DNA of 64,000 bases from Phoronis australis (taxonomy: Eukaryota > Animalia > Phoronida). Every line of letters begins with the position of its first letter. The stretch's first letter is position 1. The translations under genes were made by a program, and so were the position numbers. Below the pieces are notes generated by a model that was not told the DNA's origin, ran no database searches, and saw only the letters and a program-made list of their open reading frames with translations. Location of the stretch: NCBI GenBank assembly GCA_002633005.1, contig NMRA01000727.1:102009-166008 (forward strand). Reading direction: 5' to 3'. This document shows positions 26,101 through 38,734 of the stretch, in pieces.

Positions 26101-27700
26101 GCGGAGTTACTACTGAGACCACGCTCTACAAGGTGCTTATCGATGTGCGTGATTTTGTGCTCCGAGCACAGTCTCAACTGTCGGTTCTTTGCAATCCCAA
26201 AAATCACTTCTTACATTGCGGTAAATGTTGCGAAAAGTTCGTGTAGACCTGGAATGCCAAGCTCGATCTCGCGCATTTGAAGTTGTGCCGCGCATGCGTG
26301 GGATTTGTTTGCATTTGATTTCTCCGGCTTTGGCTATTGCTATGAAATTTAGGGATTAGGGTGGAATTATTTAGTAGAAATGAAATAAACTTAGAACTGT
26401 TGTCACCCAGAACTTTCCTCAAACAAATTTCATCTATAATTTTGAAATATTTTGCGGTCTACGTAAGTAATATGACTCGCTTGAAATTCGACTGAAAGCC
26501 GGCGGAGATGCGAAAACTTTTTAATGACAATAAGTTAGGTCATACTTTTCCCAATTGGCCTATTGGTGAAATACATATTTGTCATTAATTGTCCTAGGTT
26601 CATTGTTTTGGTTTCGTAAGAGAGCTTTGATAGTGCCTGACTATGTGGATATATTTTAAGGAAATTGTTAACTTTGTACATGTGTGGCTTTGAAATATAC
26701 TGCGTACAGCTTTTTACCTTGGTTGAAATGTCGGACTTTACTTAGAAGTTTAGAAATATACTAATTTCTTCACAACGTAAAAATTAGTGCTCCTCATACA
26801 TGCAGTGTGTGTTACAATAAACAACATACTTTGGAACAAATCTCTACGTTTTTATGTTATTAAATAAAGTGGAGTCAGGAAAATTAGAATATTCATAATA
26901 AAGAGACAATGTTACTTTGAACACCAGTTGTATACATGTAGTTGTCAAGGCCAACAATTGAGAAAACAAAAACAGGACACGTGTTTTTTTTTGGCGTATG
27001 CTTGTATCCACTAACTCTCAAAGGGTAGGTATGAACATTGGTAAATGTTGATGTTTTTCTCCTCAAAAGAGCACAACTAGCGTTAATTGTCAGGCGGTAC
27101 CTACTCTTGTCCGAACACAGCAGACCCTAAACGCGTTCCCTGGGGGCATTTTCTTTCAGAATAACTTTTTCTCAATTCACAACGTTAGTGGATGCGACCA
27201 CCAAGCGCACTTTACCCATGGTCGCCAGTTACTTTCTGAATGCACTACGCCAAATCTTGAATAACGAGACTAAGCAGTACGTAAACGTCAGTACATTCCT
27301 TGTTTCTGTTGTAAAATCCTATGTTTTTTCCACATATGCCTTTCGAATTGGTACAGCATCACTGAACTCACCTGTAATTTACTTCCTCGTTTTTTGAGTT
27401 GGCGGTCTTCTATTGTTTTCAGATGACCTTAACTATGTCCAGCAGAGTGCTGTCAATATCGATTCCGAAACACACGGCGGAGAAGACGTAGCAATCTACG
27501 CTAAAGGTCCGATGGCGCATCTGTTCCAGAGCACACACGAGCAGAACTACATCGCTCATGTGATGGCGTATGCATCGTGTGTTGGCGACAACAAAAACCA
27601 CTGCAAAACCATCCCTGCGCCTTCAAATGGTCTAAGCTCATTGGATCTTAACATTCCAAAAATAATTGCATTCATTATGTTCTTTCTGCATACAACATAA
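14510..27700 (+). CDS. ALP: Alkaline phosphatase, GPI-anchored metazoan type (~528 aa with the candidate first exon)
   Basis: Exons 14510-14638, 16244-16335, 17821-17995, 20903-21069, 22455-22656, 22939-23076, 24092-24283, 25900-26040, 27423-27700; all AG/GT with consistent phases. Motifs: [31 protein letters not shown] (catalytic Ser), [39 protein letters not shown]. Hydrophobic C-terminal GPI-signal-like tail. Confidence 0.95.
15859..16055 (+). mobile_element. MITE family C fragment in ALP intron
   Basis: Ends CTGGGTGCGTGCATG. Interior (GTCCGCCTCAGAGAAAC, AAAAGTCCACTAAAAAG) matches the 6792 and 29139 copies. Confidence 0.6.
18942..19093 (+). mobile_element. MITE family B (CAG(G/T)GGCGGAT termini, 5-bp TSD; hAT5-like)
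   Basis: CAGGGGCGGATCC...AAATCCGCCACTG with TSD TTACC. Homologous to 47667-47815 and 50038-50199. Confidence 0.8.
19461..20744 (+). mobile_element. Kolobok-type element, copy 3 (recent; interior is an assembly gap), in an ALP intron
   Basis: TTAA at 19457-19460 and 20745-20748. Visible TIRs 19461-19612 and 20593-20744 differ at one of 152 positions. The left arm matches the copy 1 end. Confidence 0.88.
22198..22342 (-). mobile_element. MITE family A dimer
   Basis: 13-bp TIR CATGGGCGGCGCA / TGCGCCGCCCATG, TSD TAGTT, two tandem internal units. Confidence 0.8.
23077..23108 (+). repeat. (GT)16 microsatellite starting at an ALP splice donor
   Basis: GTAGAAG|GTGTGT... direct reading. Confidence 0.95.
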
Positions 27701-27814
27701 CAATTAACTCGACGATTAAGAATTTTTCCGATTTTTATTATTGTCTCATACATGTATGACGTAATAATATGAAGAGACCTTTGTTTCTTACAGTTTTACA
27801 ATCTCTAACTGCGT

Positions 27815-27820
27815 TTTATT
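27815..27820 (-). terminator. Candidate SLCO-A polyadenylation signal (second candidate at 27734-27739)
   Basis: TTTATT on + equals AATAAA on -, downstream of the stop at 27873. Confidence 0.45.
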
Positions 27821-27853
27821 CAGAAATTAGAGCTAGCTTTGGGAATCGTCAGT

Positions 27854-27859
27854 AATAAA
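27854..27859 (+). terminator. Candidate ALP polyadenylation signal
   Basis: First AATAAA downstream of the ALP stop at 27700. Confidence 0.5.
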
Positions 27860-27872
27860 GATTAAATTTCCA

Positions 27873-30800
27873 TTATATGGTTGTTTCTTTAGATTCAATA
27901 ACCAGTCGTTCGCCTTCTGGTTGCTCATTGTTCTTGTTGTCTTCTTTTCGACTTTCTTCAAATTCTTCTAAATCCTCCCGTTTGCATCTATACCAGATGA
28001 AACCCGAGGCGAACACTGTAATCACTTTGAGGCCAGCGCCTAGTCCATGGGTGTAGTAACGTAGCATGTTGGGATCAAAAGCGCGGCAAACCTTTGCCTG
28101 TGAGCAAGCTGTCGTCTGCCACAGAACGCACGCCGAGTCGACTAGTGATCCGAAAACTGCTGGAGCAGGAATTGAAGCTGAAAAACACATATCCGATACT
28201 GGTTGTATCACAATCTAATTTTGGTAGCACAGTTATCAAAACTGAGTGCGTTAATGTGATACAATGGTGCAATTTATTATGATGTGTGCAAAATCCAGCG
28301 AACACACGCGTCCCTCGCATACTGTTCACACAATGTTGAAGCTCTTCTCAGTGGCTATAAAGTAACAACTGGAAAACGAGTTGTTATCCCTGAGTAGATT
28401 GTTAATAAACATTAAAGCAGTATTTTGAAATAAATGCTTTCTCTGAAGCGGGTAACCCATTTTCATAAATTACAAGGGGCACGTTTTCGGCCATGCTCCT
28501 TCGTTCTTTCAATCGTTGCACGTACAGTAGTAACATGCTGTTTTATATTCATTCTGTTTTCTTGAACATAATCATGGCCGTTTAACTACGGTCTCGTCGA
28601 ATGTGATCCAATTGGACAAGACATGATACACTTACCTACTAAACTCGCTCCCGTATTCTGAAGTGCCATGGCAAACGGTTTATCTTCTTGGGATACCGAT
28701 CTACAATCAACATGAACGTATAAATGTACCTGTATTTTCCTTTACACCTGCCTAGCCAGAAAAATGTGAACGCGCGGCGTTTTGAAGATCCGCTTTTTCT
28801 CTATGGATAATTTGCAGTTTACACGTTCATGCTCTTAGGTCAGTCATTTCCTAAGTACAAGCAGGAAGCAATCTGGGTTTGTCAACACCCATGATTTCAA
28901 CATTCCCAGGCCCCAGATCTATACGAACCTACATTGTAAACTAGAGCTTCAAACTATTTTTTCACATTTTCTGTAAAAACAACTGATTTTGTTGTTGGCC
29001 CGGGACTAAAATCTGTACTCGAAATCAACATCCAATATTGTTTGACATTTCCTGGGCTATTTCTGTGCGAATTCTAGATACATGTGTGTGTCATTATTCT
29101 GTGCTGGAGTACCTTACGGTTTGCATGGGCCATTTTCTCACGCGCGCACCCGGCCTTTAATATGGGGGGCTCGAATTTCCGACCACGTGGACATTTTACT
29201 AAGAAAAAAGCGCGAGGACTAAAAAATCGGTACCACGTTCGGAACTGTGACTTGAGCGTTTTTTGCCTTTTTAGTGGACTTTTGTCTCGTTTTCTCGGAC
29301 TTTTCGTTTCTCTGAGGCGGACCTTTTTGCCCACTTTGCCACGAAATGGGATGGCTCGTTCCACCCTGGGTGTTTCTATTCCCGGCTTCTACTTGATGTC
29401 TCTAACATTAAAGCTAAAAGCTCAAGTCTGACGTCGAACTTACTGTATAAGCGGTGGTGTACACAACTCAAATCGTACCTTTGTGTTGCTTATGCAGGTC
29501 ACACAATGGACATTGGGACATCTCATCGAAGTAAAAACCCTTACATGTACATGTACAATGTGCGACATTGTTCTTTGTACTAGAGTAATTAATCGATTCT
29601 TGTCGTTCAAGCAATGAAAATAAAAAGTTCAGTTTTCAAGGACGCGTTTAACTTTGTAGTCCGCAATGTTTAAAATGGTTGAAAAGGAATGTTGCCACAA
29701 ACAGGTAGCGGTTATCACTGACATCTATTTCTGCTTCCTAATCACCAAGCAGTCGTCATAAAGTCTTGACGCTGTGGCAAGTATACTTCCTATAGCTACA
29801 GTAACCTAAAAAAATAAAAATATCCATAGTTGCTATTTGGGAGATTTGAGGTAGTGCCTAATGCGATATTAGGCAGGAAAGACGATACCAGTAAGGTCCC
29901 TTCAAATCCTTTTTCTCAACTAATGTGCACAAGCTCGAAATTTAAAGTTTGACCTCAAGATTGTAGCTTGTCTCTAGAGGTCGTCGACCACTGCGAATTC
30001 GTCGGGGCAAACCACAGTATCCTACAGCACAAAACCATATCAATTTTTATTCAGTTTTTAAAAAAGCTGACAAAAACTGTCAGAAATAATGTCGAGTTCA
30101 TAGATTAGACCCTTGATCAACTGACCACCACTTTACTGTATCAAGCTGATAAGACTGTCTGCTTACTATCCAAATACATGCATTACATGAAACAAAAGAC
30201 CTTGCGTTAAAGGCCACTGGCGTTACCTAACCTGATCTCCCTTAACGCACGCCCAAGTGAATTAAATTACCTGAAAATTATGTGAAATGTTGTCATGGCT
30301 GCTAGGCCATTCAAAAATGCTGAGCAGAACGTAAACACGCAGTAGAGCGCCGTCGGTACGTTACACGTTTTTACTGCTCCTGGACAGAGCCCTTGCGTGG
30401 ATGATGTCGTGTTGGCGTCCAGTAGACATTCGCAGTTCTCAAACTATAAAGGACATTGTCAGGTTGAAAGTATTCCTGCAAACGTTTTTATTTGCTACAT
30501 TACGAGTGTTTGAACCGAAATGTATTTGGTCAGTCAAATGTTAATCATTCAATCATAGCCGTATCCAAATGTATGCGAAGTGCCTTCTACCAAAGAACAT
30601 TGCTGTTCGTAAACGCTTAGCTGACGTACAGTGTAAGTACATGTAAATAAACAGTAAGACCCAGAGTGAAGAACGATTAAAATTTACCCCTGAAGCAGAT
30701 GAACTTGTGCATCCTGCATGACACGGTGACTGGTAACTTACGCCGTCACCGCCACAGACAGGATTGAACTGGATAGATGTACACCCACAGTTCAAGGCAC

Positions 30801-33800
30801 AAGTCGTGTTACGTCTAGAAAGGAGAACAAAACATGTTTTTAAGTTATCTAATTCGTCAAGAAGCGGGTTTTCCGATCGATGTTAGCACTGATGTTTGTT
30901 TAGTTATCTGGTTCCCCAAGGAATACCTAGCAAAAACGTGTACTGGATATCCCTGCAAAACTTCCAGAATATGAAGACGAGAATACATGTACAGGTTCGT
31001 CTGAACCTTGCAAATGGCCAACCATACTCTCTGGGCAGGCCGGTGCAATAAACATATTATTTCTACTGAAAGACCACGGAGAGTGGGAGGCAATAATATT
31101 CCTTGAAGACTTTAGCATGACGTCATTTTTCTTCTCCATCTCTGTTCTACTTAATGCTCTATGTAGGATTGTAGGGATTTGAAAATGTTGACAGGATGGG
31201 AAAACAGCAATGCGATTGGCTGTATTTTTATTCGTATCGCTCTCAACCACTAGAAGTAGAATTCACAGGTGACGGCCATTCTGTTTTCAAGGTTTAATCA
31301 AATTTTGTTGTTGTAAACTGGAAATATTGCATTCGTACCGACGATTCTTTAAACGAATTCCCTTGACCAACCAACGAATTATTTATACCACTATCTAAAA
31401 TTCAGTGCAGACCACCGTGTTTTGACGGAAGTCTTGAAACAACCTATTCGGATTCCAGCAATTCGACTCGGAATCTCTTAGATTATGTTAGCATTTTGAG
31501 ATGCTATAGAGCAGCTCAAGAGATTTCATGTATACCTGCTGCGATTTAATTATCTTGAGTTAAGCCCATTTGAGCACAACTCAACTAAACTAATGCACCA
31601 TGCCTGGTGATTCGGAAGGCCAAACGGTCTTCACGTGGACTGCATGTCAATTTAATTGCCAATAGCAATGACATTCACCCAAAGTACATGACTGTAATTG
31701 TTGTTCTTCCATGATAGAATGACTTATGACGGTCTGATCTAGCAAGGTCTGCTGAATATTTCGAGTGCCAGACAGACGACTTATCTAAACAAAAAATACA
31801 GGCCAATTTAGTAAAAGAGCAAAATATTGACTTCTCTAGTGGATTTCTTCATACTTTATCATTTGTGAAAACAAAACTGTACCCTCCTCCGGTTAGGCTT
31901 TCCACTTTGCCGGTGTCGCAGCCCACCAGCGCCAGCGCCACCAGACATGCAGTCGTCAATATGACAAAGATGAAGTTACATTTGGCCGCCTGTGTCCTGT
32001 CCATCTTCAATTTGGTAACCATGACACCACTGAGCAACATACCCACTCCACCGGCACCAGATCCAACCAATCCTAAACTCAGTCACAGATAACACGATTG
32101 AAAACATGAAACGCGAAGTTCCTAATACCGGTTGCATTCGGAGTCCGATACCGGGGCTATGTTCCGTAGAGCAAGTTTACTGCAAGTTTTTATAAATCAC
32201 GGAAATGAAAGGGTGGGAGTTTTGTGGGTAAGCTCAACACCTTACTACATGCATCGAAGATTGGCAAAATGATCGAGACACTGAAGTGATTAGTAGGCTA
32301 GGGCGAAATATGTAATGATGGGATTAACCTGACCCATTACACAAGTAAAGACGATTTTGCTGCAAGTTTCTCGCTAGTGTCATGCGCTGCAGAACGCGCC
32401 CCAGAGTTTCAGCGATATGTTTTGTACCACAAAACATAGGGTGAGGCTACACGAAAGCGTATATACTACACATTACCATTTAAATCACTTTGATTCATCA
32501 CGACGCAAAGAAAAAGCCATGTGGAAAATTAACCAAAATGGTGACATCTTGACATTTTTGACTTGTAGTTTTACAAATGTGTTTGTGCTCTACATATTCC
32601 AAAACTACTTTACTCTTGAACGTTGCCCTCCATTATCTTTGAGGAAAACTAAGATATCACAATAGATTAGGCCTACGTATCAGGCTCTATATATAGGAGG
32701 TTGTCACATGCGTATATCAAGTCCTTAAGAGTAGTGCGTCGACTTTTATAGTACGCATTCGTACACAGTACGCACGCAATGCATCGCAATCTTTTTGAGT
32801 AAGTTTTACGTACGCTGGCTTGAGCAGAATAACAACACCTATAACTGATAGTTTTGGACATGCACAAAATTACTCCGCGCACGTTGTAAGGCAAGTGATA
32901 AGTTATGAAAAAACGTGGTTCATCGGTGCCATCGTTCGAGGACGGTAGGAGTTCAGCGCAGATATCATTGCAGCTTTCCTCTGAAGTGGGTCAGGCGGCA
33001 TGCACTTGGCATATTGTGTGTATCCGGAACACTCTCGTCGTGCGCACTGCTTGCACAGCCATTCGTCATTATAACAGTCGCGTAACGCTTTGATCGTACG
33101 TACGCGCCTCATACACTTAGGGTGCGCTGAACTTTATTTACAGTATGCCTGGTGTACGTCACACATAATCCAAAATAATCTAGCATTTCAAAGTTTAAAG
33201 ACGTTTTGAAGAACCCATAAGGACTTGATACATACATGTACATGCAGTAGTGTGACAGTGCCCTTACGTTTTCAACGTAGGCCTACACAGCACAGTTACA
33301 GGGGTCTGCTTCTCTAAAATGTTTTAACTTTACGACATTGAGTCTAAACGAAAAGTTGCGCTAAAGCTCATTCCTGGTCGTGCAACTCTCCGCTTAGACG
33401 CGTAACAAAACGTCGTGAAGTTACTACATTTTAGAAACTGAGCACGAACTCGTATAATTATGTGGTATGTGATCGTGGCGTCAAGGCCGTTTCAGACGAG
33501 CGACATTGCCTGCCGAAAAGTTTTGCGACAAGTCGTCCGACATGGAAATTGTACACTGCACATGTGAATGAGCCCGCAACATGTCGCGCGACGTGATGCG
33601 GGTGTCATTTGACAAGTTGAGGAGAAGTCGAGCATGTTCGACTTAGTACAACTTTTCGGTCGACACTTTGCGGAAGTCAGAGGAGTGAGTGTGCTCAATC
33701 AAAAATTGCATTCGTTTTACCAATGGTACTCATTCCCAAATTCATTCAGCCTAGTTGACCTTTGTTGTTTGACCAGTGCAAATTTGCACATAAGCCCAAG

Positions 33801-36800
33801 TCGAAAATTGCAGATTAGAGAACTGGGCGACGAATTCCCCAGAAAAATATTTCAGTAGCTTTTTGATTGGTGCATGGGGTTCGTTTTTCATTAGCACGTA
33901 TACTGATTCATGGGCGCGTACCATAGGAAGCAGTGGGGAGGGGCTATAGCCTCACTTTTTTCAGTCCTGCGCCGCCCATTTGATTGTAGGCAAAATACAA
34001 ATGTTACCAGCTTAACTGTATAAGATTTATCCACAATTTTGCCGTGAGGTACTTTACCGTGTACCTACCACTTCTGATTCAGTTCATCGTTGATAGGAAA
34101 ATATTTTTAGTTAGCAGTCCTTAAAAATCAACGAAAACCAAGCGCTGTTTGACCAGCCCGTTTAACATGATAAAAATTTCAATGTGGTGCCTTGTCCAGA
34201 TTATTTTGACCGAGATGATTTCGGCGCGATTATAGTCTCAATTTATTGCGTGCCATGTTTTGGTGTCAGCCGATCTGTTGGTGGTCTGAATGCAACAGTG
34301 AAAAGTCGCGAAACTTCTCGGTTGGCGCATCATCCATTTTTTCGTACGAAAATGTCGCTCATCTTATACGGGCTAAAACGTCTCGCTGAAAACGTCTATT
34401 TGAAGCGGTGGTAAGACAGCCTGCTTTGGCTTAGAATACTCTCCACATTAAAACTAGCCTTATGCACATGTGATGGCAAGACTCTTCCGTATTTAACCAA
34501 TTTTGCCTAAACACGTTATTGCAAACTTCTACACGTTTATCAACAAGCGCATGGGTGTTCACAAATTAAACTATTCGCTTGAGCAAACTGAGAATTTCTT
34601 ACCCACAATCGTGTTCGCAAAACTGCTTGTTTGTCCAAACTGTTCTTCAATGTACTTGGGCATGAACACGAAGTATCCTGTTCCAATAAATATTTCAATG
34701 GTCCAATTCACAAGCACGCCACAAAGCACTGGCATCTTCACAAGTCGTAACACCGTCCTGGGCAATCCTAAGTGGGTGAAGTTAGTTTTATCAAAATGGA
34801 CGTTGCATCATTCGCTTCAGCATTCCGCAATACAGCGTAATAGTGCATTCTCCACACATAGTGGTCATTTTTATTCAATTACTTAGAAAACTCACACAGT
34901 TGTCTTAGTAACAAAGCAAGCACATTTGTGTGTTTGGAGGTCTTTACAAACAAGGTATAGGAAAATATAAAATAACAAATTATTAAAGGTACATTTCGCT
35001 TTCTTTAGCCCGCTAAAACGAAAATCGAATTGGGTCTTAGTCTCATAAACTTTGTCTCATAATTTCCGTACCGCAATAGGATTCTGTTGTCGTTACCAAA
35101 TCCAGTAATAAGTCATCTACACGCGGCATTTCCATTTCACAACTTTAGAGTTGGCCGATCCCAATAAACTCTGAAGCGTTTTCCTTGAGTCGCTCTTGGC
35201 TTCAATGTTATTATCGAATGTTGGGGTCAGAAAATTATCAACAGGAATGAGGGCTTTTGTGCAACAAGGGTAAATGTACTATTGGATTACCTCCAATGGC
35301 AATCTTGTATGTATGCATTTTTAATTGAAGCCATTATTTCTTGAGCGACGTGAACTGAGTCGGTCTTCATTGCAAAACGTGGTGCACTTTTTCGGTACTT
35401 GATATTGCTAAAGACAACTGCAGCCGTGAGAGGTCGGTTGGATGCCTAAGTCGTGTTGGTCGGTTTTCCGTGGAAGTAAAGCGCCAAGAAAACTAAGCAG
35501 CAGTAATCTTGGTCGTAGTAAAATACAGTATAACACAACGATAATGCTGTCGTCATGATGTAGAGATGGGGAGGTAAAACATATTTAGGGCATAGATACT
35601 TTACGCTCGCTGCAGGGGTAGACTGGCAGTGGGTTTAGTTCCATGAATTTTACATGGCTGTTCTGTTTGTTAATTAACAGTTAGCTAGTTGATTGAGCCG
35701 ATCTACTTACATGTGTACGTCTGGCCAGTGATTATTTTATTGCTTTCAACAGAAAAATTAAACAAAATTCTCTTATTCTGCAGCATATTGGTGACTGACA
35801 CAAATCCTTTGTCTGAAACGTTCTAGAGCCCCGTTCGTGTTTGAAGGGTGATTTGATAAAATACAAAAACTTATAGAATATGCTTAAATTGGTGACTGAC
35901 ATCTTCCGGAACATTGCAAAATACATAAATACTCGTGAAAGAGTTGCAATGAGAGTCGGTTACATAGTTACTGTATCAGCAGTTAAGAATCATCAGTTAA
36001 ACAGTGAGAAAGTTCGAGCAAGACGTTGCATTAATTACTGATTCAGCCACCGAGTGTCACAGTTACTGAAAGTGACTCAAAAGTTCATCTCTTGTCCAAC
36101 CTTTGCAACAGACATTACGACGGACGCTTCGTTTGAGTATTCTTGTTTGTGTTCGGTCGAGATTAATAAAATGAATAACTCGAACCGCTCTTGATTTTTT
36201 CATCATATTAAAAGCTATTTGCGCAGGCCAAAGCCGACCGGCGTCCACCCATCCACAGGGAAATCGTGACACCACGGTGCCACTGAGTAACATTTCCTTC
36301 ACCAGTTTCACCTCCCGTGGCGCCCAAGTCTTTGGCACGTGCTACCTAAGTGACTCTGAAAAGGCATCGCTAATAACAAGTGTACCCGGTAGTCCTAATA
36401 TAAATCAGTCTTCCCTCACCTTTGATTGAAGTGATAGCCTGATTGGTGAAGTTAGACGTGGACCTCGTCGTTTCGTGATCCTTTGTCTGTTCGTTCAGCT
36501 CCTGCAAGACGCCATCTCCAATTCCCAATTCAGAGGAGAAGTTTTTCTTCAGATGTCGAGGAAACAGTACAAGAATGAAACCCGGTAACGCCATCACTAT
36601 GGCGCAGATTAGAAATAGCAGCCAGTAGGCCCCCACCCATCGCGGATCGACTATAGTCAACAAAGTATCTGTAATTTGTCAGGTTATTATACATTTTTAA
36701 AACAAAGTGGAATTCGCAACAACGGCAATGCCTGCACTAGTGAGTAACTTCGCCGTTTCCACCATGTCAACCGGCTAGTACATCAGGGTAGCGCTCTGCA

Positions 36801-38734
36801 TATCAAATGTCCTACTAAAAAACTAGATCTTGCAAGACCTCGCAACTCACGCCAGTGAAAAGCGAATATTTCAGCAGTATGCGCTGGGGCTTATTCATGG
36901 GCGGCGCACTGTAGGGAGCTGGGGGAGCTATACCCCCACTTTTTCAGTGTTACGCCGCCCATGGTCTATGGGCATTGCACCACAGGGAACCTGAGGGGCT
37001 TTAGCCCCCCACTTTTTTCACTGCTGCGCCGCCCATGATACTATCCTATCCTAGCAAAATGGCAGCCGGTTACTTAAGTGACTAACAGATGACGTTAGAA
37101 AATTGAATTGTGGGATTGAATTTTCTGTTCCTATTCATCAGCTTTAGATTTTTGCTGCAGGTACAAGCTAGCATATTAGATCTATGGAATGCAGCCCTGA
37201 TTGATGTCGGACGTCATCACTGGATCGAGAACCAATTAGATGCGTCACTCGGTTGGCTCGGCGGATCCGGCTACGGTTACGTACGTCTTTGTAAGAGCAG
37301 AAAATATTCACGCCTCACTTGCGACCCCTGGTTCTCTGGTGTATCATATTAAATTGCATTTCTTAGACATACTATGAACTCGAATATCAGAAATCGAGTC
37401 TTCAGCAGTCAACGATTTTACGTAGTTTATTTTTGACGCCAGAGGTAGCTGTTACATGTAGATACATATCGATATTAAATCCAAGAGTTTTTTCAATAAG
37501 AAAAAGGTAGAATACACTAACGGCATGTCTTTTAAGAAGGTTTTGTACTGAAATTTCTACGTCCCATTTGAAAGGGAAAACGTGTTTTTTTGAAAAAATG
37601 TTCCTAGAGCCCATTTAACATAATCATATTTCTGTGTATACACGCACGCACGCACACACGAACGCATGCACGCACATAAATACAGACGTTTATAGATCTG
37701 CAATTCTTTAGAAAATATATGGATATGGTTTCATGGGTTGACTATTCATTTTGAAAAGAACTCAATAGGGTTGTTGCGCACCATCGCTTCCTGGGGTCAG
37801 TGACCTACCGGTGAAGCGAAGTTTAGCACCAGATACCTGCTCTGTCGCCTTTAAGTAGCTGTCAAACGAAAGGCTTGTTCAAATTTGTTTGTAAAGTCGC
37901 AGGAATGCCACAGCTTAGTAAATTCAATTTAATTTATAGTTCGAGTTAATATCTGAAACCTCCGATTGCGTGTACATGTATACCTTTCAAAGTGACGTGT
38001 ATTTGCAATACGTTGGCGCCCAAAATAAATCCGAGAAGTGGTCCCAAGCCGTACATGCTCAGTATTACGCCCATATATTGGGCAGACTTGTGCTTCTTAC
38101 AGTTGCCGTCTACGTATGGTAGACCCAGCAAAGATATAGGTGACGTTGCTGCCCCGAGTCCGATAGTAAGGCACAAAATTAATGAGTAAGCGCCGTAATT
38201 AGAATTGTCGATTTCCAGGTTGTCAGAACATCCCTCAATGTGTTCTTGGCCGTGTAAAGAGCACAACGGATTACGCGTGGTCGAGTTCAGGCTCTCAGGT
38301 GTCGAGTTGCTTTGCTCGAGCTGTGCTGAGACAGTAAACTCGTCGCTCTCTCCATAAATTATATGCGGAAGAATACCAAACAACATGGATATGGCAGTGG
38401 CAAGAGAACCTAACGCAATAGTTCGTGGTGCGTGCGATCTTGAGCAAAAATAACCCACTAAAAACACGGCAGGAATGTGGGTTATTTCATAGGCAGTTAA
38501 AATGAATCCCGACTCCTTGCTCGTTAGCAAGAATCGTCTCTCAATGGTAGTAATAGTTGATATCAAACCAGCAAAGCACAAACCGATTCCCAGCGTCACT
38601 AGCGAGAATCCTGCAACGAACGCGCGAATATCCGCAAGTCTTTGGAGCCACGTTGGTTGGCACGGTCCGATACCACACTGCATGTCGGTCTTCTTGTCAG
38701 ACTTTATTTCACCATTTCCACAGCTTTGAGTCAT
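27873..38734 (-). CDS. SLCO: Organic anion transporting polypeptide (OATP/SLCO family), paralogue A, 674 aa, 8 coding exons
   Basis: Exons (5' to 3') 38734-37984, 36668-36420, 34767-34603, 32072-31883, 30814-30688, 30443-30271, 28700-28636, 28177-27873; all AG/GT with consistent phases. Motifs: CGIGPCQP, ITTIERRF, LPH, DPRWVGAYW (OATP signature variant), FMPKYIEEQF, Kazal-like CGC...FNPVCGGDGVSYQSPCHAGC, IPAPAVFGSLVDSAC. Confidence 0.95.
29139..29372 (-). mobile_element. MITE family C copy in SLCO-A intron
   Basis: CACGCGCGCACCCGG...CCCTGGGTG flanked by the 5-bp direct repeat TTTCT. Interior homologous to the 6792 and 15859 copies. Confidence 0.65.
32707..33238. mobile_element. Palindromic MITE-like element
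   Basis: Inverted termini with a perfect core TATCAAGTCCTTA (32715-32727) / TAAGGACTTGATA (33218-33230), extending imperfectly to about 21 bp. Confidence 0.45.
33909..33980. mobile_element. MITE family A monomer
   Basis: CATGGGCG...GCGCCGCCCATT with TSD TGATT. Confidence 0.7.
36896..37037 (+). mobile_element. MITE family A dimer
   Basis: Same TIR and two-unit structure as the reverse complement of 22198-22342. TSD degenerate (TTATT/ATACT). Confidence 0.75.
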
